From Candidatus Aenigmatarchaeota archaeon (GTDB lineage: Archaea > Aenigmatarchaeota > Aenigmatarchaeia > Aenigmatarchaeales > Aenigmatarchaeaceae): a DNA stretch of 64,000 nucleotides. Numbering within the stretch: the first letter of the stretch is position 1; each line of letters starts with the position of its first letter. Shown here piece by piece: positions 54,503-64,000 of this stretch. The notes under the pieces are model-generated. The model was not told the DNA's origin, did not search any database, and saw only the letters and a list, made by a program, of their open reading frames with translations. Made by a program: the position numbers and the translations under genes. The stretch is taken from assembly GCA_043814985.1 (NCBI GenBank), contig JBDRJK010000021.1, positions 32,001 through 96,000 of the forward strand, in the 5' to 3' direction.

Positions 54503-55156
54503 ATGAAAAATAGCCTTATAGCATCCCTGATAATTATTTTGGTTTCGTTCCTGACAAGTCTATACTTCTATCCACAGTTACCAGAAAATCTTGCTTCCCA
54601 CTGGAACGCACAAGGAGAGGTGGACGGTTACATGTTAAGGTTCTGGAGCCTGTTTTTGATGCCCATTATCTCCTCTATATTGCTAGCAGTACTTTTGATA
54701 GTACCCAAGATAGACCCACTCAAGAAGAATATAGAGAAGTTCAAAAATTATTTTAACAATTTTATTGTGTTTATTTTATTATTCCTTTTCTACATACAAC
54801 TGCTCACTCTCTTCTGGAATAAAGGAATAAGATTCGACATGGTGCAGCTCATAATACCTCCCATTGGTTTGGTTTTCTATTACGCGGGTATATTGGCAGA
54901 GAACTCAAAGAGGAACTGGTTCATAGGCATAAGGACGCCATGGACACTGAGCGACGAGAGGGTCTGGAACAAGGTAAACAAAAGGGGCGGCAAGATATTC
55001 AAGGTTTCCGGCATAATAGCCATTTTTTCAATGCTGGTTCCTGAATATGGAATATTTCTTCTTATTGTTCCAGTAATAACAGGCTCCATCTATCTGGTTG
55101 CCTACTCCTATTTTGAATACATGAGACTCAACAGGGGAAACATGCGGAGAAGGTAG
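54503..55156 (+). CDS. DUF1648/SdpI family membrane protein
   Basis: HWN..GEVDG and NWFIGIRTPWTL motifs. Confidence 0.9.
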   Translation: MKNSLIASLIIILVSFLTSLYFYPQLPENLASHWNAQGEVDGYMLRFWSLFLMPIISSILLAVLLIVPKIDPLKKNIEKFKNYFNNFIVFILLFLFYIQLLTLFWNKGIRFDMVQLIIPPIGLVFYYAGILAENSKRNWFIGIRTPWTLSDERVWNKVNKRGGKIFKVSGIIAIFSMLVPEYGIFLLIVPVITGSIYLVAYSYFEYMRLNRGNMRRR

Positions 55157-55211
55157 ATTGATAAGGTTTATATAGGATAGTTTTAAATAATCATTTGAAA
55201 TTAGTGATGCT

Positions 55212-55388
55212 ATGAAAACAGAATACACAAGGTTTGAAAGGGCAAGGATGATCGGTTCAAGGGCTCTGCAGATATCAAGAGGAGCTCCGTTAATGCTCAA
55301 GACAAAGTTGAAGGACCCAATCGAGATTGCTCAAATGGAGTTTGAAAAGGGCATAATACCGATTGATATCAAAAGAAGTAATTTATAA
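55212..55388 (+). CDS. rpoK: RNA polymerase subunit Rpo6/K (absent from the ORF track)
   Basis: YTRFERARMIGSRALQISRGAP motif. Confidence 0.95.
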   Translation: MKTEYTRFERARMIGSRALQISRGAPLMLKTKLKDPIEIAQMEFEKGIIPIDIKRSNL

Positions 55389-55408
55389 AAGAAATTCAAA
55401 TTAGTATC

Positions 55409-56563
55409 ATGATAAAGGATATCAGAGCATCCCAAGTACTTGATTCTCGGAAAAAGAAAACAGTAAAAGTTATTCTTAAAACAGACAAAGGAACATATAC
55501 AGCTTCTGCTGCTTCTGGAACCTCTGAAGGCAAGTACGAGGCCAAGGCTTTGGACATAAAAACTGCTTTGAAGAATTTCAAAACAATTAAGAAGAAGTTC
55601 ATCAAAAGAAATGAGAAGGATATTGACAATATAATTGAGGACATAGGAATTGAAAACATTGGCGCTCACCTTTCCATATCATTGTCAATCGCAGCTTTCA
55701 GGGCTGTTTCAAAGAACAAGGTTTACAGTTTTCTTAATTCCAAGGCAAAGACCTTTCCCTTGCCTTTGGGAAATGTAATTGGCGGTGGGGCTCACAAGGG
55801 TTATACGTCCGAGCAGGAATTCCTAGTTTTTCCGAAGAATGCAAAAACAATGAAAGAGGCTATTGAAACAAACCTCTCAATATGGAAAGAGTTCGGAGAA
55901 ATACTTAAATCCCATGGAATCAAGGCTGGAAACAACTATGAGGGTGCATGGATATGCAAGATGAACGATATCCAAGCATTGGAACTTTTGTACGCAGTAG
56001 CGAATAGGGAGAATGCAGGGATTGGCATAGATTTCGCAGCTTCTGAATTTTACAAAGACGGCTTCTATCACTACAAGCATCTTGATAGGAAGCTCTCCCC
56101 AGGGGAGCAGTTGGATTTTGTCTTGAGTCTGATAAACACTTATGACATAAAGTATGTGGAAGACCCGTTCCATGAGGACGATTTCAAACACTTGACAGAA
56201 CTTACGAAAAAAACTGATTGCATGATAGTTGGAGACGATTTGTTTGTAACCCAGGCCAAAAGGCTTCAATTAGGAATAGAGAAGAAGGCAGGAAATGGCA
56301 TCATAATAAAGCCTGACCAAGCAGGAACTGTTTCAAGGGTTTTGGAAACTGTGAAGCTGGCCAAGAAGTCAAATTTTTCAACAGTTGTTTCCCATCGTTC
56401 AGGAGAGACAATGGACGATTTCATTTCTGATTTGGCTGTTGGTATAGGCTCTCCTCTGATAAAATGTGGCATCTTTGGTAAGGTCAGGAAAGCAAAGCAC
56501 GACAGGCTAATGGAGATATGGAAGAAAACCAAGAGTCCCAGAATGGCAAAAATTCAAGCTTAA
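55409..56563 (+). CDS. eno: Enolase (compact, 384 aa)
   Basis: LDSR, EDPF, VGDDL and SHRSGET motifs. Confidence 0.92.
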   Translation: MIKDIRASQVLDSRKKKTVKVILKTDKGTYTASAASGTSEGKYEAKALDIKTALKNFKTIKKKFIKRNEKDIDNIIEDIGIENIGAHLSISLSIAAFRAVSKNKVYSFLNSKAKTFPLPLGNVIGGGAHKGYTSEQEFLVFPKNAKTMKEAIETNLSIWKEFGEILKSHGIKAGNNYEGAWICKMNDIQALELLYAVANRENAGIGIDFAASEFYKDGFYHYKHLDRKLSPGEQLDFVLSLINTYDIKYVEDPFHEDDFKHLTELTKKTDCMIVGDDLFVTQAKRLQLGIEKKAGNGIIIKPDQAGTVSRVLETVKLAKKSNFSTVVSHRSGETMDDFISDLAVGIGSPLIKCGIFGKVRKAKHDRLMEIWKKTKSPRMAKIQA

Positions 56564-56631
56564 AACTTGCCTAAAGGTATTTTTTTGATATAATAAGATA
56601 AGTTTTTTATTCAGGCAATTGATATATAATT

Positions 56632-56904
56632 ATGCCGAAAAGGAAATCTAAAATAGAAATCTATCAAGAGGAGCAATTAGTTCTCTCAAAACAAAGGACC
56701 ATTCTATCTTTCATGAGGACTGGTTTGGCTTTTATTACAGCTGGAATTGTTGTTGCCGGTTTCTTCCAAGACTTTGAAACAGCACAGATAGTGGGCTTTA
56801 TTCTTATGGGGATTGGTTTCATAGAAGTTTTCGAATCTATCAGAAGATTGATACAAAAGCAAAAAGAGTATATTTGTGTTAAAAAGAAATTAAAATCTAC
56901 TTAA
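56632..56904 (+). CDS. DUF202/YidH-like small membrane protein
   Basis: LSKQRTILSFMRTG motif. Confidence 0.8.
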   Translation: MPKRKSKIEIYQEEQLVLSKQRTILSFMRTGLAFITAGIVVAGFFQDFETAQIVGFILMGIGFIEVFESIRRLIQKQKEYICVKKKLKST

Positions 56905-58303
56905 CTTTCTTCCATCTGGGACCTTCTGGGGAATCTTCAACCCAGTAACCCTTCTCGTTCATCTCTTTTCTTATTTTATCAGCAGCTTCGAAGTTTCCCA
57001 TCTTCCTGTGGCCTTCTCTTTTCATTATGAGGTCAGAAATCTCCTTTGGCAGCTTTTCTTTCTTGATTTCAATAACAGCCAAAACCTTATCAAACTCTAT
57101 CATCTGATTAAAAACTTCCTTTAGGTTTTTCTTTGAAAGATTACCCTTGTCTATTGCCTTGTTGGTCTCATGAATCAACTCGAAGACAGCTGACAATGCC
57201 TGAGGAATGTTGAAATCATCATCCATATAGTTCTCGAATTTGCTACTTGCCTCTTCAACCTTTTTACTTAGTTTCTGGCTGTATTTTCCCTTGATATCCA
57301 TCTTGCTAATCCTATCAACAAAATCATTCAAGTTTGAAAGTGTTTTTTCTGCATCCTTGACACTTTCGTCAGTAAAGTTTAGGGAACTCTTGTAATGTGC
57401 TGACATCAAGACATAACGTATTGCTCTTGGGTTATATCCCTTCTTCAATAAGTCTCTTAGTGTGACAAAGTTACCCAAGGACTTTGACATCTTTTCTCCG
57501 TTAACTATCAAATGCTCTATATGCAGCCAATAGTTGACAAATTTCTTGCCTGTAAAAGCTTCTGACTGAGCGATCTCGTTCTCATGATGGGGAAACATAT
57601 TATCAACTCCCCCTGTGTGAATGTCAATTGTCTCCCCGAGATACTTCATAGACATTGTGGAACATTCAATATGCCAACCAGGTCTGGTCTTACCCCATTC
57701 GGTTTCATAGAAAATTCCCCTTTTGAGCTCTTCTGTTGTTGACCTCTTCAATAAGACAAAGTCCTGAGGATTGTCCTTCTCATACTCGTCAACATCAACC
57801 CTTGCCCCAGGCTTTATGCCTTTCAAGTCAACCTTAGAAAGTTTTCCATAATCCTTGAATTTGGAAATGTCAAAGTATATGCTTCCCATCTTTTCATAGG
57901 CATATCCCTTATCTACAAGGGTTTCTATCATCTTAACCATTTCCTTGAAATGCTCAGTTGCCTTGGGGTACTTGAAAGCCTTTTCTATGTTCAGGGTTTC
58001 CAAGTCCTCAAAGAATATCTTAATGTATTTTTCCGTGAACTCCTTTAATGAAATGCCAATTTTCCCAGAATTTCTTATCGTCTTATCATCAATGTCAGTA
58101 ATGTTCATGACCTGCTTGACTTTGAAGCCCTTGAACTCAAGATACCTTCTCATCATGTCCTCTATTACAAAACTCCTGTGGTTCCCTATGTGGGGAATAC
58201 CGTAAACAGTAGGACCGCATGTGTACATTGTAATTTGGTTTTTTTTGATAGGTTTGAATAACTCCTTTCTTCTTGTCAATGTGTTGTAAACTCTTAATAC
58301 CAT
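56897..58303 (-). CDS. cysS: Cysteine--tRNA ligase
   Basis: CGPTVY, HIGN, PGWHIEC and KMSKS motifs. Confidence 0.97.
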   Translation of the reverse strand: MVLRVYNTLTRRKELFKPIKKNQITMYTCGPTVYGIPHIGNHRSFVIEDMMRRYLEFKGFKVKQVMNITDIDDKTIRNSGKIGISLKEFTEKYIKIFFEDLETLNIEKAFKYPKATEHFKEMVKMIETLVDKGYAYEKMGSIYFDISKFKDYGKLSKVDLKGIKPGARVDVDEYEKDNPQDFVLLKRSTTEELKRGIFYETEWGKTRPGWHIECSTMSMKYLGETIDIHTGGVDNMFPHHENEIAQSEAFTGKKFVNYWLHIEHLIVNGEKMSKSLGNFVTLRDLLKKGYNPRAIRYVLMSAHYKSSLNFTDESVKDAEKTLSNLNDFVDRISKMDIKGKYSQKLSKKVEEASSKFENYMDDDFNIPQALSAVFELIHETNKAIDKGNLSKKNLKEVFNQMIEFDKVLAVIEIKKEKLPKEISDLIMKREGHRKMGNFEAADKIRKEMNEKGYWVEDSPEGPRWKKVK

Positions 58304-59206
58304 TCAATCACCAAACAGCTTTGTTGTCAAGTATCGTTCTCCCCCATCGGGTAATATAACAACTATTGTTTTTCCCTTGCCTAATTCTTTTGCTTTTTGT
58401 AATGCGACAAACATGGCAGCTCCAGAACTCATGCCAACAAGTAAGCCCTCTTTCAAGGCTAATTGGCGTGCTGTTTCAAAAGCATCATCATCCTTTATGA
58501 AAACCTTTTCATCCATGGCTTTCCTGTTGTAAATCCCTGGCCTATAAGCCTCTTTCATGCTTTTCAATCCCTGGATTTTGTGTCCGAAGAGCGGTTCAAC
58601 ACCAACTATTTTTATATCTGAATTAAATTCCTTTAATCTTTTTCCTGTTCCTGTTATTGTTCCTGTGGTTCCGATAGCTGAGATGAACATGTCAATCTTT
58701 CCATTTGTGTCTTCAATGATTTCCTTCCCTGTTGTTTCATAGTGAGCAAGAACATTATACTTGCTATTGAACTGGTCTGGCATGAAATATTTTTCTGGAT
58801 TCTCTTTGGCCATTTTATATGCTCTTTCTATTGCTCCATCAGTTCCCTTTTCTTTTGGTGTTAGTAGTATATCTGCTCCCAATGCTTTCAATATTTTTCT
58901 CCTTTCAATACTCACAGATTCAGGCATTGTGAACAATACTTTGTAACCTTTAACAGCAGCTACCAATGCCAAGCCAATGCCTGTGTTGCCTGAGGTTGGT
59001 TCTAGAATTATCTTTTCCTTTGTAAGTTTGCCCTCTTTCTCAGAATATTCAATCATATACCTTGCTATTCTATCCTTGACAGAACCGCCTGGATTGAACT
59101 TTTCCAGTTTAACCAAAATAGTTGCGTCATTTTCTCCCGTTAAGTTATTTATTTTAACTAAAGGAGTCTTTCCGATCGTCTCTAAAATAGTGTCGTATAT
59201 CATCAT
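58304..59206 (-). CDS. cysK: Cysteine synthase (CysK/CysM family)
   Basis: NPGGSVKDR, TSGNTG, GTTGT and DGGERY motifs; start re-called downstream of tRNA-Cys with GGTGA RBS. Confidence 0.93.
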   Translation of the reverse strand: MMIYDTILETIGKTPLVKINNLTGENDATILVKLEKFNPGGSVKDRIARYMIEYSEKEGKLTKEKIILEPTSGNTGIGLALVAAVKGYKVLFTMPESVSIERRKILKALGADILLTPKEKGTDGAIERAYKMAKENPEKYFMPDQFNSKYNVLAHYETTGKEIIEDTNGKIDMFISAIGTTGTITGTGKRLKEFNSDIKIVGVEPLFGHKIQGLKSMKEAYRPGIYNRKAMDEKVFIKDDDAFETARQLALKEGLLVGMSSGAAMFVALQKAKELGKGKTIVVILPDGGERYLTTKLFGD

Positions 59207-59219
59207 AAAATCACCATGA

Positions 59220-59290
59220 AGCGGGGACCGGGAGTCGAACCCAGGTCTGTTGCTCTGCAGGCAACCGCATGGCCGTTCTGCCATCCCCGC
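59220..59290 (-). tRNA. tRNA-Cys (GCA)
   Basis: GCGGGGA acceptor stem, GTTGC-CT-GCA-GA-GCAAC anticodon arm, U73 discriminator. Confidence 0.92.
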
Positions 59291-59326
59291 ATAATAACAA
59301 AGATATTCTTTGTTGAATATAAAATT

Positions 59327-60592
59327 TCATTTTACTATACTAGTTTTTATTTTATGCCTTTTCTTAATTACTCTTTCAATTTCTTTCATCATGCCAACGT
59401 TTTCAGTAGGGAGATTATAAACCACTCCCTCTTCATCTGGGGTAGGATAATTAGCTTTTATAATGTCTAATCTTTCCTCAATGCTAGGATAATATCTGAT
59501 TTCATTCATCAATTTTATTAAAGGTTCTTCTAAATTTGGAGATTCTTCTATTATTGGTTTTCTAAAGCTTGGTGCGTGTCCTGGTTGCTCAGAATGTTCA
59601 GAACCAAGCACATCCAAATAAAAATCACGATATTTGAAAATATTATCCATTGAGATGACTGCAATAGTCCTCTCTTCTTTATTTCCATCGTATAATGCTT
59701 TTGCAATATTAACATTGGTCGATGGAGCAAAAACACGTCCCTCTCTTTCAAATACTCTAACTGCAGCAGAAAGCGTTAAAGCATCAGAAGACATGTATAT
59801 CTCTTTTCCATTTAAAAAATATGAAAAATTTTCAGGAGACCAATTACAATCTTCACCTTTAACTTGAGAAGGGCCTTGCATTAGACTATTTTTTGGTGTT
59901 TGTATAGCACTTATTTTTAGATTTTTCAGACCCTTTATCCTTTTGTATTTTTCAGCTGCTCCTGCAGTTGCACCAGTTCCTAATGCGATAACTAACTCAT
60001 CAAAATCATAACCACTTTCAAAAATTTTAGGCATCATTATTTGAAGCTGTGCATCTGGGTTTTGTGATTGTGAATGTTGAGGAAAATGATAGCTATACGT
60101 TTCTAGATCTAGTGAAATCTTTCTTGCAACTCGTATAAGAGGCCATCTTGGACACAATTCTTCAAATTCTGGTGATGCCATAGCAATGTCAGAACCTAAT
60201 ACTTTAAAAATTTCTAAAGACTCTTTTGGAATTCTAGAAGAGACTAAATTCAATAAAGGATATTTATCATCTTGTCTATTTGCAATAGTAGCTATTTCTA
60301 TCCCATAATTTCCAGCACCAACAGATAACAGTGTTTTTTCCCTTCTCCCTCTTTTCAGTCTATTATTACTAAGTTTAGCATCCTCAAACATATACCATGC
60401 AGGATTTCTTTTCCCGTTTTTTAATGGATCATATCCCCAAGGATCTTTCCATTGTGGAAAGACCACAACTGTTGAGTTGGTTTCCTCCTGTAGTTTTGTA
60501 AGTTCAATTGGTTTTTCAGATTCTAATTCCTTTTTATAAGTCTGAAGAAAATCATCAAAATTGCTTTCAATATATACTTTTTCTAGTTTCAT
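59327..60592 (-). CDS. Divergent fold-type II PLP enzyme (cysteine synthase-like)
   Basis: KNGKR (PLP-Lys region), GAGNYG, LGTGAT and APST motifs. Confidence 0.6.
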   Translation of the reverse strand: MKLEKVYIESNFDDFLQTYKKELESEKPIELTKLQEETNSTVVVFPQWKDPWGYDPLKNGKRNPAWYMFEDAKLSNNRLKRGRREKTLLSVGAGNYGIEIATIANRQDDKYPLLNLVSSRIPKESLEIFKVLGSDIAMASPEFEELCPRWPLIRVARKISLDLETYSYHFPQHSQSQNPDAQLQIMMPKIFESGYDFDELVIALGTGATAGAAEKYKRIKGLKNLKISAIQTPKNSLMQGPSQVKGEDCNWSPENFSYFLNGKEIYMSSDALTLSAAVRVFEREGRVFAPSTNVNIAKALYDGNKEERTIAVISMDNIFKYRDFYLDVLGSEHSEQPGHAPSFRKPIIEESPNLEEPLIKLMNEIRYYPSIEERLDIIKANYPTPDEEGVVYNLPTENVGMMKEIERVIKKRHKIKTSIVK

Positions 60593-60764
60593 TCCAATCC
60601 CTCCAAGAACTTGTTATTTTTAACTAGAAATCCTACAGAATTAAGACTAGAGAAATCCTTTCTACTTAATTTGACAAACTAATTCCCCGGCCATGGTGAC
60701 CCGTTTTATAATGATACCCTTAACTTTAAAAAGCTTTTTATTTAGTCAAACTATAAATTGAATT

Positions 60765-62228
60765 ATGGTTGACAGGTACAAGCTATATATCAACGGAGAA
60801 TGGGTAAATTCTGCTTCTGGCGAATTGTTCACAAGAGCTAATCCAGCTGATCCTAATGAGGTTATAGGAGAATTCCAAAAAGGCAATGAAAAGGACATTG
60901 ACAAGGCAGTGGATGCAGCTGAGAAAGCCTTTGAGAAGTGGTCCGAGACCCCTGCTCCAAAAAGAGGGGATATTCTGTTCAAAATAGCCCGGTTATTAGA
61001 AGAGCAAAAAGAGGAATTGGCAAAAACAATGACAAGGGAAATGGGAAAGGTTCTTGTTGAGGCAAGAGGAGATGTTCAGGAAGCAATTGACATGGCCTAC
61101 TATATGGCAGGGGAAGGAAGGAGATTATTTGGGCATACCACCACTTCCGAGCTAAAGGAAAAGTTTGCAATGACAGTGAGGAAGCCCTTAGGTGTTTGCG
61201 GTTTGATAACTCCATGGAACTTCCCAATAGCTATTCCATCATGGAAGATATTGCCAGCATTGATTTGTGGTAATACAGTTGTCTTCAAACCATCCTCAGA
61301 TACACCATTATGCGCAATAAAGTTTGTTGAGGTTCTTGAGAAGGCAGGAGTTCCTAAAGGCGTTGTCAACATGGTGACTGGACCTGGTGGAAGAGCTGGA
61401 ATGCATCTGGTCAAGCATGAGAAAGTAAGGGCAATATCATTCACAGGGCACAGGGATACGGGTGCATTGTTATTGAAGGAGGCTGGAATCAAGAAAGTGT
61501 CATTAGAGTTAGGGGGAAAGAACCCAATAATAATAATGGATGATGCTGACTTGGACTTGGCTGTTGATGGAGTTGTATGGGGAGGCTATGGAACAACAGG
61601 CCAAAGGTGCACAGCTGCCTCAAGGGTTATAATTCACAGCAAAGTAAAGGCGAATTTTGAGAAAATGCTTGTCAAGAGAATTGGAAAATTAAAACTAGGA
61701 AATGGTTTGAAAAAAGGAACTGATGTCGGGCCTCTGGTCAACAAAGCTGCTCAGGAAAGGTCCAAGAAATATTCTGAATTAGGAGTAAGAGAGGGAGCAA
61801 AATTATTGATTGGTGGAAATATACCTGACATGAAAGGATGGTTCTTTGAGCCGACTTTATTCACAGATTGTACAACGGAAATGAGGATTGCGAACGACGA
61901 GATATTCGGACCTGTTGTATGCATCCTAGAGGCCAAAGACTTGAATGATGCGATAAGGATCGCCAACTCTGTCGAGTACGGGTTAAGCACAGCCATTTAC
62001 ACTAATGATATCAACAAGGCTTTCAAGGCAATTGAGAAGCTAGAGTCTGGTTTGACCTATATCAATTCTTCCACCATCGGTTCTGAGGTGCATCTGCCTT
62101 TCGGAGGAGTAAAGCATACTGGAAACACAAGAGAAGGCGGTATTCTGGGAATAGATGAGTTCTCAGAGATCAAGACAGTCTTTATTGATTATTCAGGAAA
62201 ACTTCAAAGAGCGCAAATTGACAATTGA
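60765..62228 (+). CDS. NAD(P)-dependent aldehyde dehydrogenase
   Basis: ITPWNFP, LELGGKNP, GQRC and EIFGP motifs. Confidence 0.95.
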   Translation: MVDRYKLYINGEWVNSASGELFTRANPADPNEVIGEFQKGNEKDIDKAVDAAEKAFEKWSETPAPKRGDILFKIARLLEEQKEELAKTMTREMGKVLVEARGDVQEAIDMAYYMAGEGRRLFGHTTTSELKEKFAMTVRKPLGVCGLITPWNFPIAIPSWKILPALICGNTVVFKPSSDTPLCAIKFVEVLEKAGVPKGVVNMVTGPGGRAGMHLVKHEKVRAISFTGHRDTGALLLKEAGIKKVSLELGGKNPIIIMDDADLDLAVDGVVWGGYGTTGQRCTAASRVIIHSKVKANFEKMLVKRIGKLKLGNGLKKGTDVGPLVNKAAQERSKKYSELGVREGAKLLIGGNIPDMKGWFFEPTLFTDCTTEMRIANDEIFGPVVCILEAKDLNDAIRIANSVEYGLSTAIYTNDINKAFKAIEKLESGLTYINSSTIGSEVHLPFGGVKHTGNTREGGILGIDEFSEIKTVFIDYSGKLQRAQIDN

Positions 62229-62268
62229 ATGATATAAACTTTTTAAAAGGTGAACAAGTAATAGGTTT

Positions 62269-62604
62269 ATGGCTGAATTTCCAGACAAGAGAATAGAAAT
62301 AACTGATAGTACCTTTGAAGAGTCTAAGAAAAAATATCCCTTGTTTATTCTAGACTGTTGGGCAGCACGGTGCCCTCCATGCAGAATAATGATTCCTATT
62401 GTAGAAAAGCTTGTTGAGGAACATAAAGGAAAGGTTGTTTTTGGAGAATTAGATGTTGATAAAAACATGGCTGTTCCTACAAAATACGGAATAATGAGCA
62501 TACCAACTTTTTTAGTTTTCAAGAACGGAGAATTGATTGATAAAATGGTTGGAGCTATGCCATACGAAGCTTTAAATTCAAAAATAAAAAATTATTTAGA
62601 GTGA
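62269..62604 (+). CDS. trxA: Thioredoxin
   Basis: CPPC active site and SIPT motif. Confidence 0.88.
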   Translation: MAEFPDKRIEITDSTFEESKKKYPLFILDCWAARCPPCRIMIPIVEKLVEEHKGKVVFGELDVDKNMAVPTKYGIMSIPTFLVFKNGELIDKMVGAMPYEALNSKIKNYLE

Positions 62605-62608
62605 AACA

Positions 62609-62959
62609 ATGAACATGAAATACGTCTTAGGGGTTATAACAATCATAATTGTAGCTATTCTTCTTTATCTATGGGCCAGCACACCTGTTGAACCTAGAGA
62701 ATATGACGAGTTCGCCAAATGTTTGACTGACAGCGGTGCAGTCATGTATGGAACTGAATGGTGCGGTCATTGCCAGAATCAGAAAGCAATGTTCGGAAAT
62801 TCATTCAGTTATGTTAATTATGTAGACTGCGACAACAACAAATTACTATGTGATAATGCTGGAGTTGAAGGCTATCCAACTTGGAGAATAGACGCTAATA
62901 ATTATCCAGGCGAGAAGACTTTGCAGGCCCTTTCAGACCTTTCAGGTTGCAGTTTATAA
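62609..62959 (+). CDS. Membrane-anchored extracytoplasmic thioredoxin-fold protein
   Basis: N-terminal TM; YGTEWCGHC and GYPTW motifs. Confidence 0.82.
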   Translation: MNMKYVLGVITIIIVAILLYLWASTPVEPREYDEFAKCLTDSGAVMYGTEWCGHCQNQKAMFGNSFSYVNYVDCDNNKLLCDNAGVEGYPTWRIDANNYPGEKTLQALSDLSGCSL

Positions 62960-63008
62960 AATAGTCTGTAAAAAACAGATACTTTTATTCTAAATCATAA
63001 ATTATATT

Positions 63009-63884
63009 ATGAAGATAGCTGTTGTGGCATTGGGTGGCAATGCTGTTATCACGACTAAGGAAAGGGGGACAGTGGAGCAACAGATAAAGCACATTAACCA
63101 GACTGTTTCTCATCTGAAGAAATTGTCTAAGAAATACAAACTGGTTTTGACGCATGGCAACGGGCCTGAAGTCGGAAATCTCTTGATACAGCAGGAAATG
63201 GGAAGATCGGAAGTTCCTGCCATGCCTCTGGATGTCTGCGATGCAATGACCCAAGGACAACTAGGATATCTCATACAGAACTGCATCCAAAACATTCTAA
63301 GGAAGAAGTCAGTTACAGTATTAACTAGAGTTCAGGTTGACAAGAATGACAAGGCTTTTGAAAGGCCAACCAAACCCATAGGTCCCTTCTACAAGATAAA
63401 GACTGAAAAGAACATGATCAACGAACCCGAAGGCTGGAGGAAAGTTGTCCCATCACCAAAACCAAAGAGAATAATTGAGATTGAGCAAATCAAGAGCCTG
63501 TTAAGACAGGGCTCAATAGTAATAGCATGCGGTGGGGGCGGGATTCCTGTTATTTATGACAATGGGTTGAAAGGGATAGAGGCTGTAATCGATAAAGATT
63601 ATTCTTCAGAACTTTTGGCTTCAGAATTAAATGCCGAGATGTTGGTTTTCCTGACTGATGTTCCATATGTTTACCTTAACTATAATTCCAAGATTCCTAT
63701 TGCAATCAAGAAAATGAGCATAAAAGAGGCAAAGGATGTTATGCAGAATTTCAAGGAAGGCTCTATGAAACCGAAAATAGAGGCTGGCATAAGATTCTTG
63801 AGAAAGGGTAAGAAAGTTATAATAACAGAACCAAAACTATTGGATGAGGCTTTGGAAGGCAAGGCAGGAACTGTGATGGAATGA
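63009..63884 (+). CDS. arcC: Carbamate kinase
   Basis: ALGGNA, HGNGP, PTKPIGP, GGGGIPV, AVIDKD and GSMKPK motifs. Confidence 0.95.
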   Translation: MKIAVVALGGNAVITTKERGTVEQQIKHINQTVSHLKKLSKKYKLVLTHGNGPEVGNLLIQQEMGRSEVPAMPLDVCDAMTQGQLGYLIQNCIQNILRKKSVTVLTRVQVDKNDKAFERPTKPIGPFYKIKTEKNMINEPEGWRKVVPSPKPKRIIEIEQIKSLLRQGSIVIACGGGGIPVIYDNGLKGIEAVIDKDYSSELLASELNAEMLVFLTDVPYVYLNYNSKIPIAIKKMSIKEAKDVMQNFKEGSMKPKIEAGIRFLRKGKKVIITEPKLLDEALEGKAGTVME

Positions 63885-64000
63885 ACCTTAAAAATTTTCT
63901 GAAGCCGGATAGGAGAAAGATTATAATATTTGTAATAATAATTGTTTTTGTTAGTCTTTGTATTAAAAAACAACCTTCACCTATTGGTGGTGGGGGTAGT
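63881..64000 (+). CDS. Partial hypothetical membrane or secreted protein, 3'-truncated
   Basis: MNLKNFLKPDRRKIIIFVII... with ATGA overlap on arcC. Confidence 0.5.
   Translation, partial: MNLKNFLKPDRRKIIIFVIIIVFVSLCIKKQPSPIGGGGS

Noticed and set aside
55409..56563. Enolase as a pseudogene because it is short
   Set aside because: The frame is uninterrupted and the catalytic and metal-binding motifs are retained
59207..59284. N-terminal extension of cysK
   Set aside because: It is a translation of the tRNA-Cys gene; the real start is near 59206 with a GGTGA RBS
60620..60670. Short imperfect direct repeat (CTAG..AAATCCT) in the intergenic region
   Set aside because: Only two short imperfect copies; cannot be distinguished from chance or assigned as an operator
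348..63973. Numerous antisense or nested ORFs in the track (e.g. 12105-12731, 25964-26629, 30304-30921, 32870-33478, 45543-46124)
   Set aside because: They are shadows of well-supported genes on the opposite strand or in another frame, with no motifs
1..64000. CRISPR array, transposase, integrase or provirus
   Set aside because: No regularly spaced repeats or recognisable mobile-element genes, and no duplicated tRNA 3' ends (att sites) noticed by eye

Overview
Gene-dense archaeal chromosomal segment, very probably DPANN. The evidence is a fused PriS-PriL primase, archaeal-type translation and replication genes, and short divergent intergenic regions with TATA boxes; an Aenigmarchaeota-like assignment is inference only. 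It holds about 85 CDS and three tRNAs (intron-containing initiator Met, Pro-CGG, Cys-GCA). No CRISPR array, integrase or transposase is visible. Housekeeping genes include dph5, trm5/taw2, rnhB, aspS, smc/scpA/scpB, thyX-glyA-tmk, PCNA, dys, primase-GINS-L44e-S27e-aIF2a-Nop10-PAC2, rpoK-eno and cysK-cysS. Most notable: (1) a cluster of three class IIb aminoacyl-tRNA synthetases (two AspRS plus an AsnRS-like paralog with a rebuilt amino-acid pocket), an HxHxK HIT hydrolase and an amidohydrolase; (2) short perfect-identity DNA tracts shared by otherwise diverged neighbouring paralogs (aspS pair; P-type ATPase pair); (3) a stripped-down Mbh-like group 4 [NiFe] hydrogenase with unusual HypC-like accessory genes beside a cation-pump cluster; (4) a short-armed SMC; (5) an arginine synthetase (ArcE)-like gene plus carbamate kinase; (6) a tandem array of paralogous uncharacterised membrane proteins; (7) a tRNA-Cys-cysK-cysS unit preceded by a divergent PLP enzyme. 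All calls come from motif recognition only; no database searches were run.
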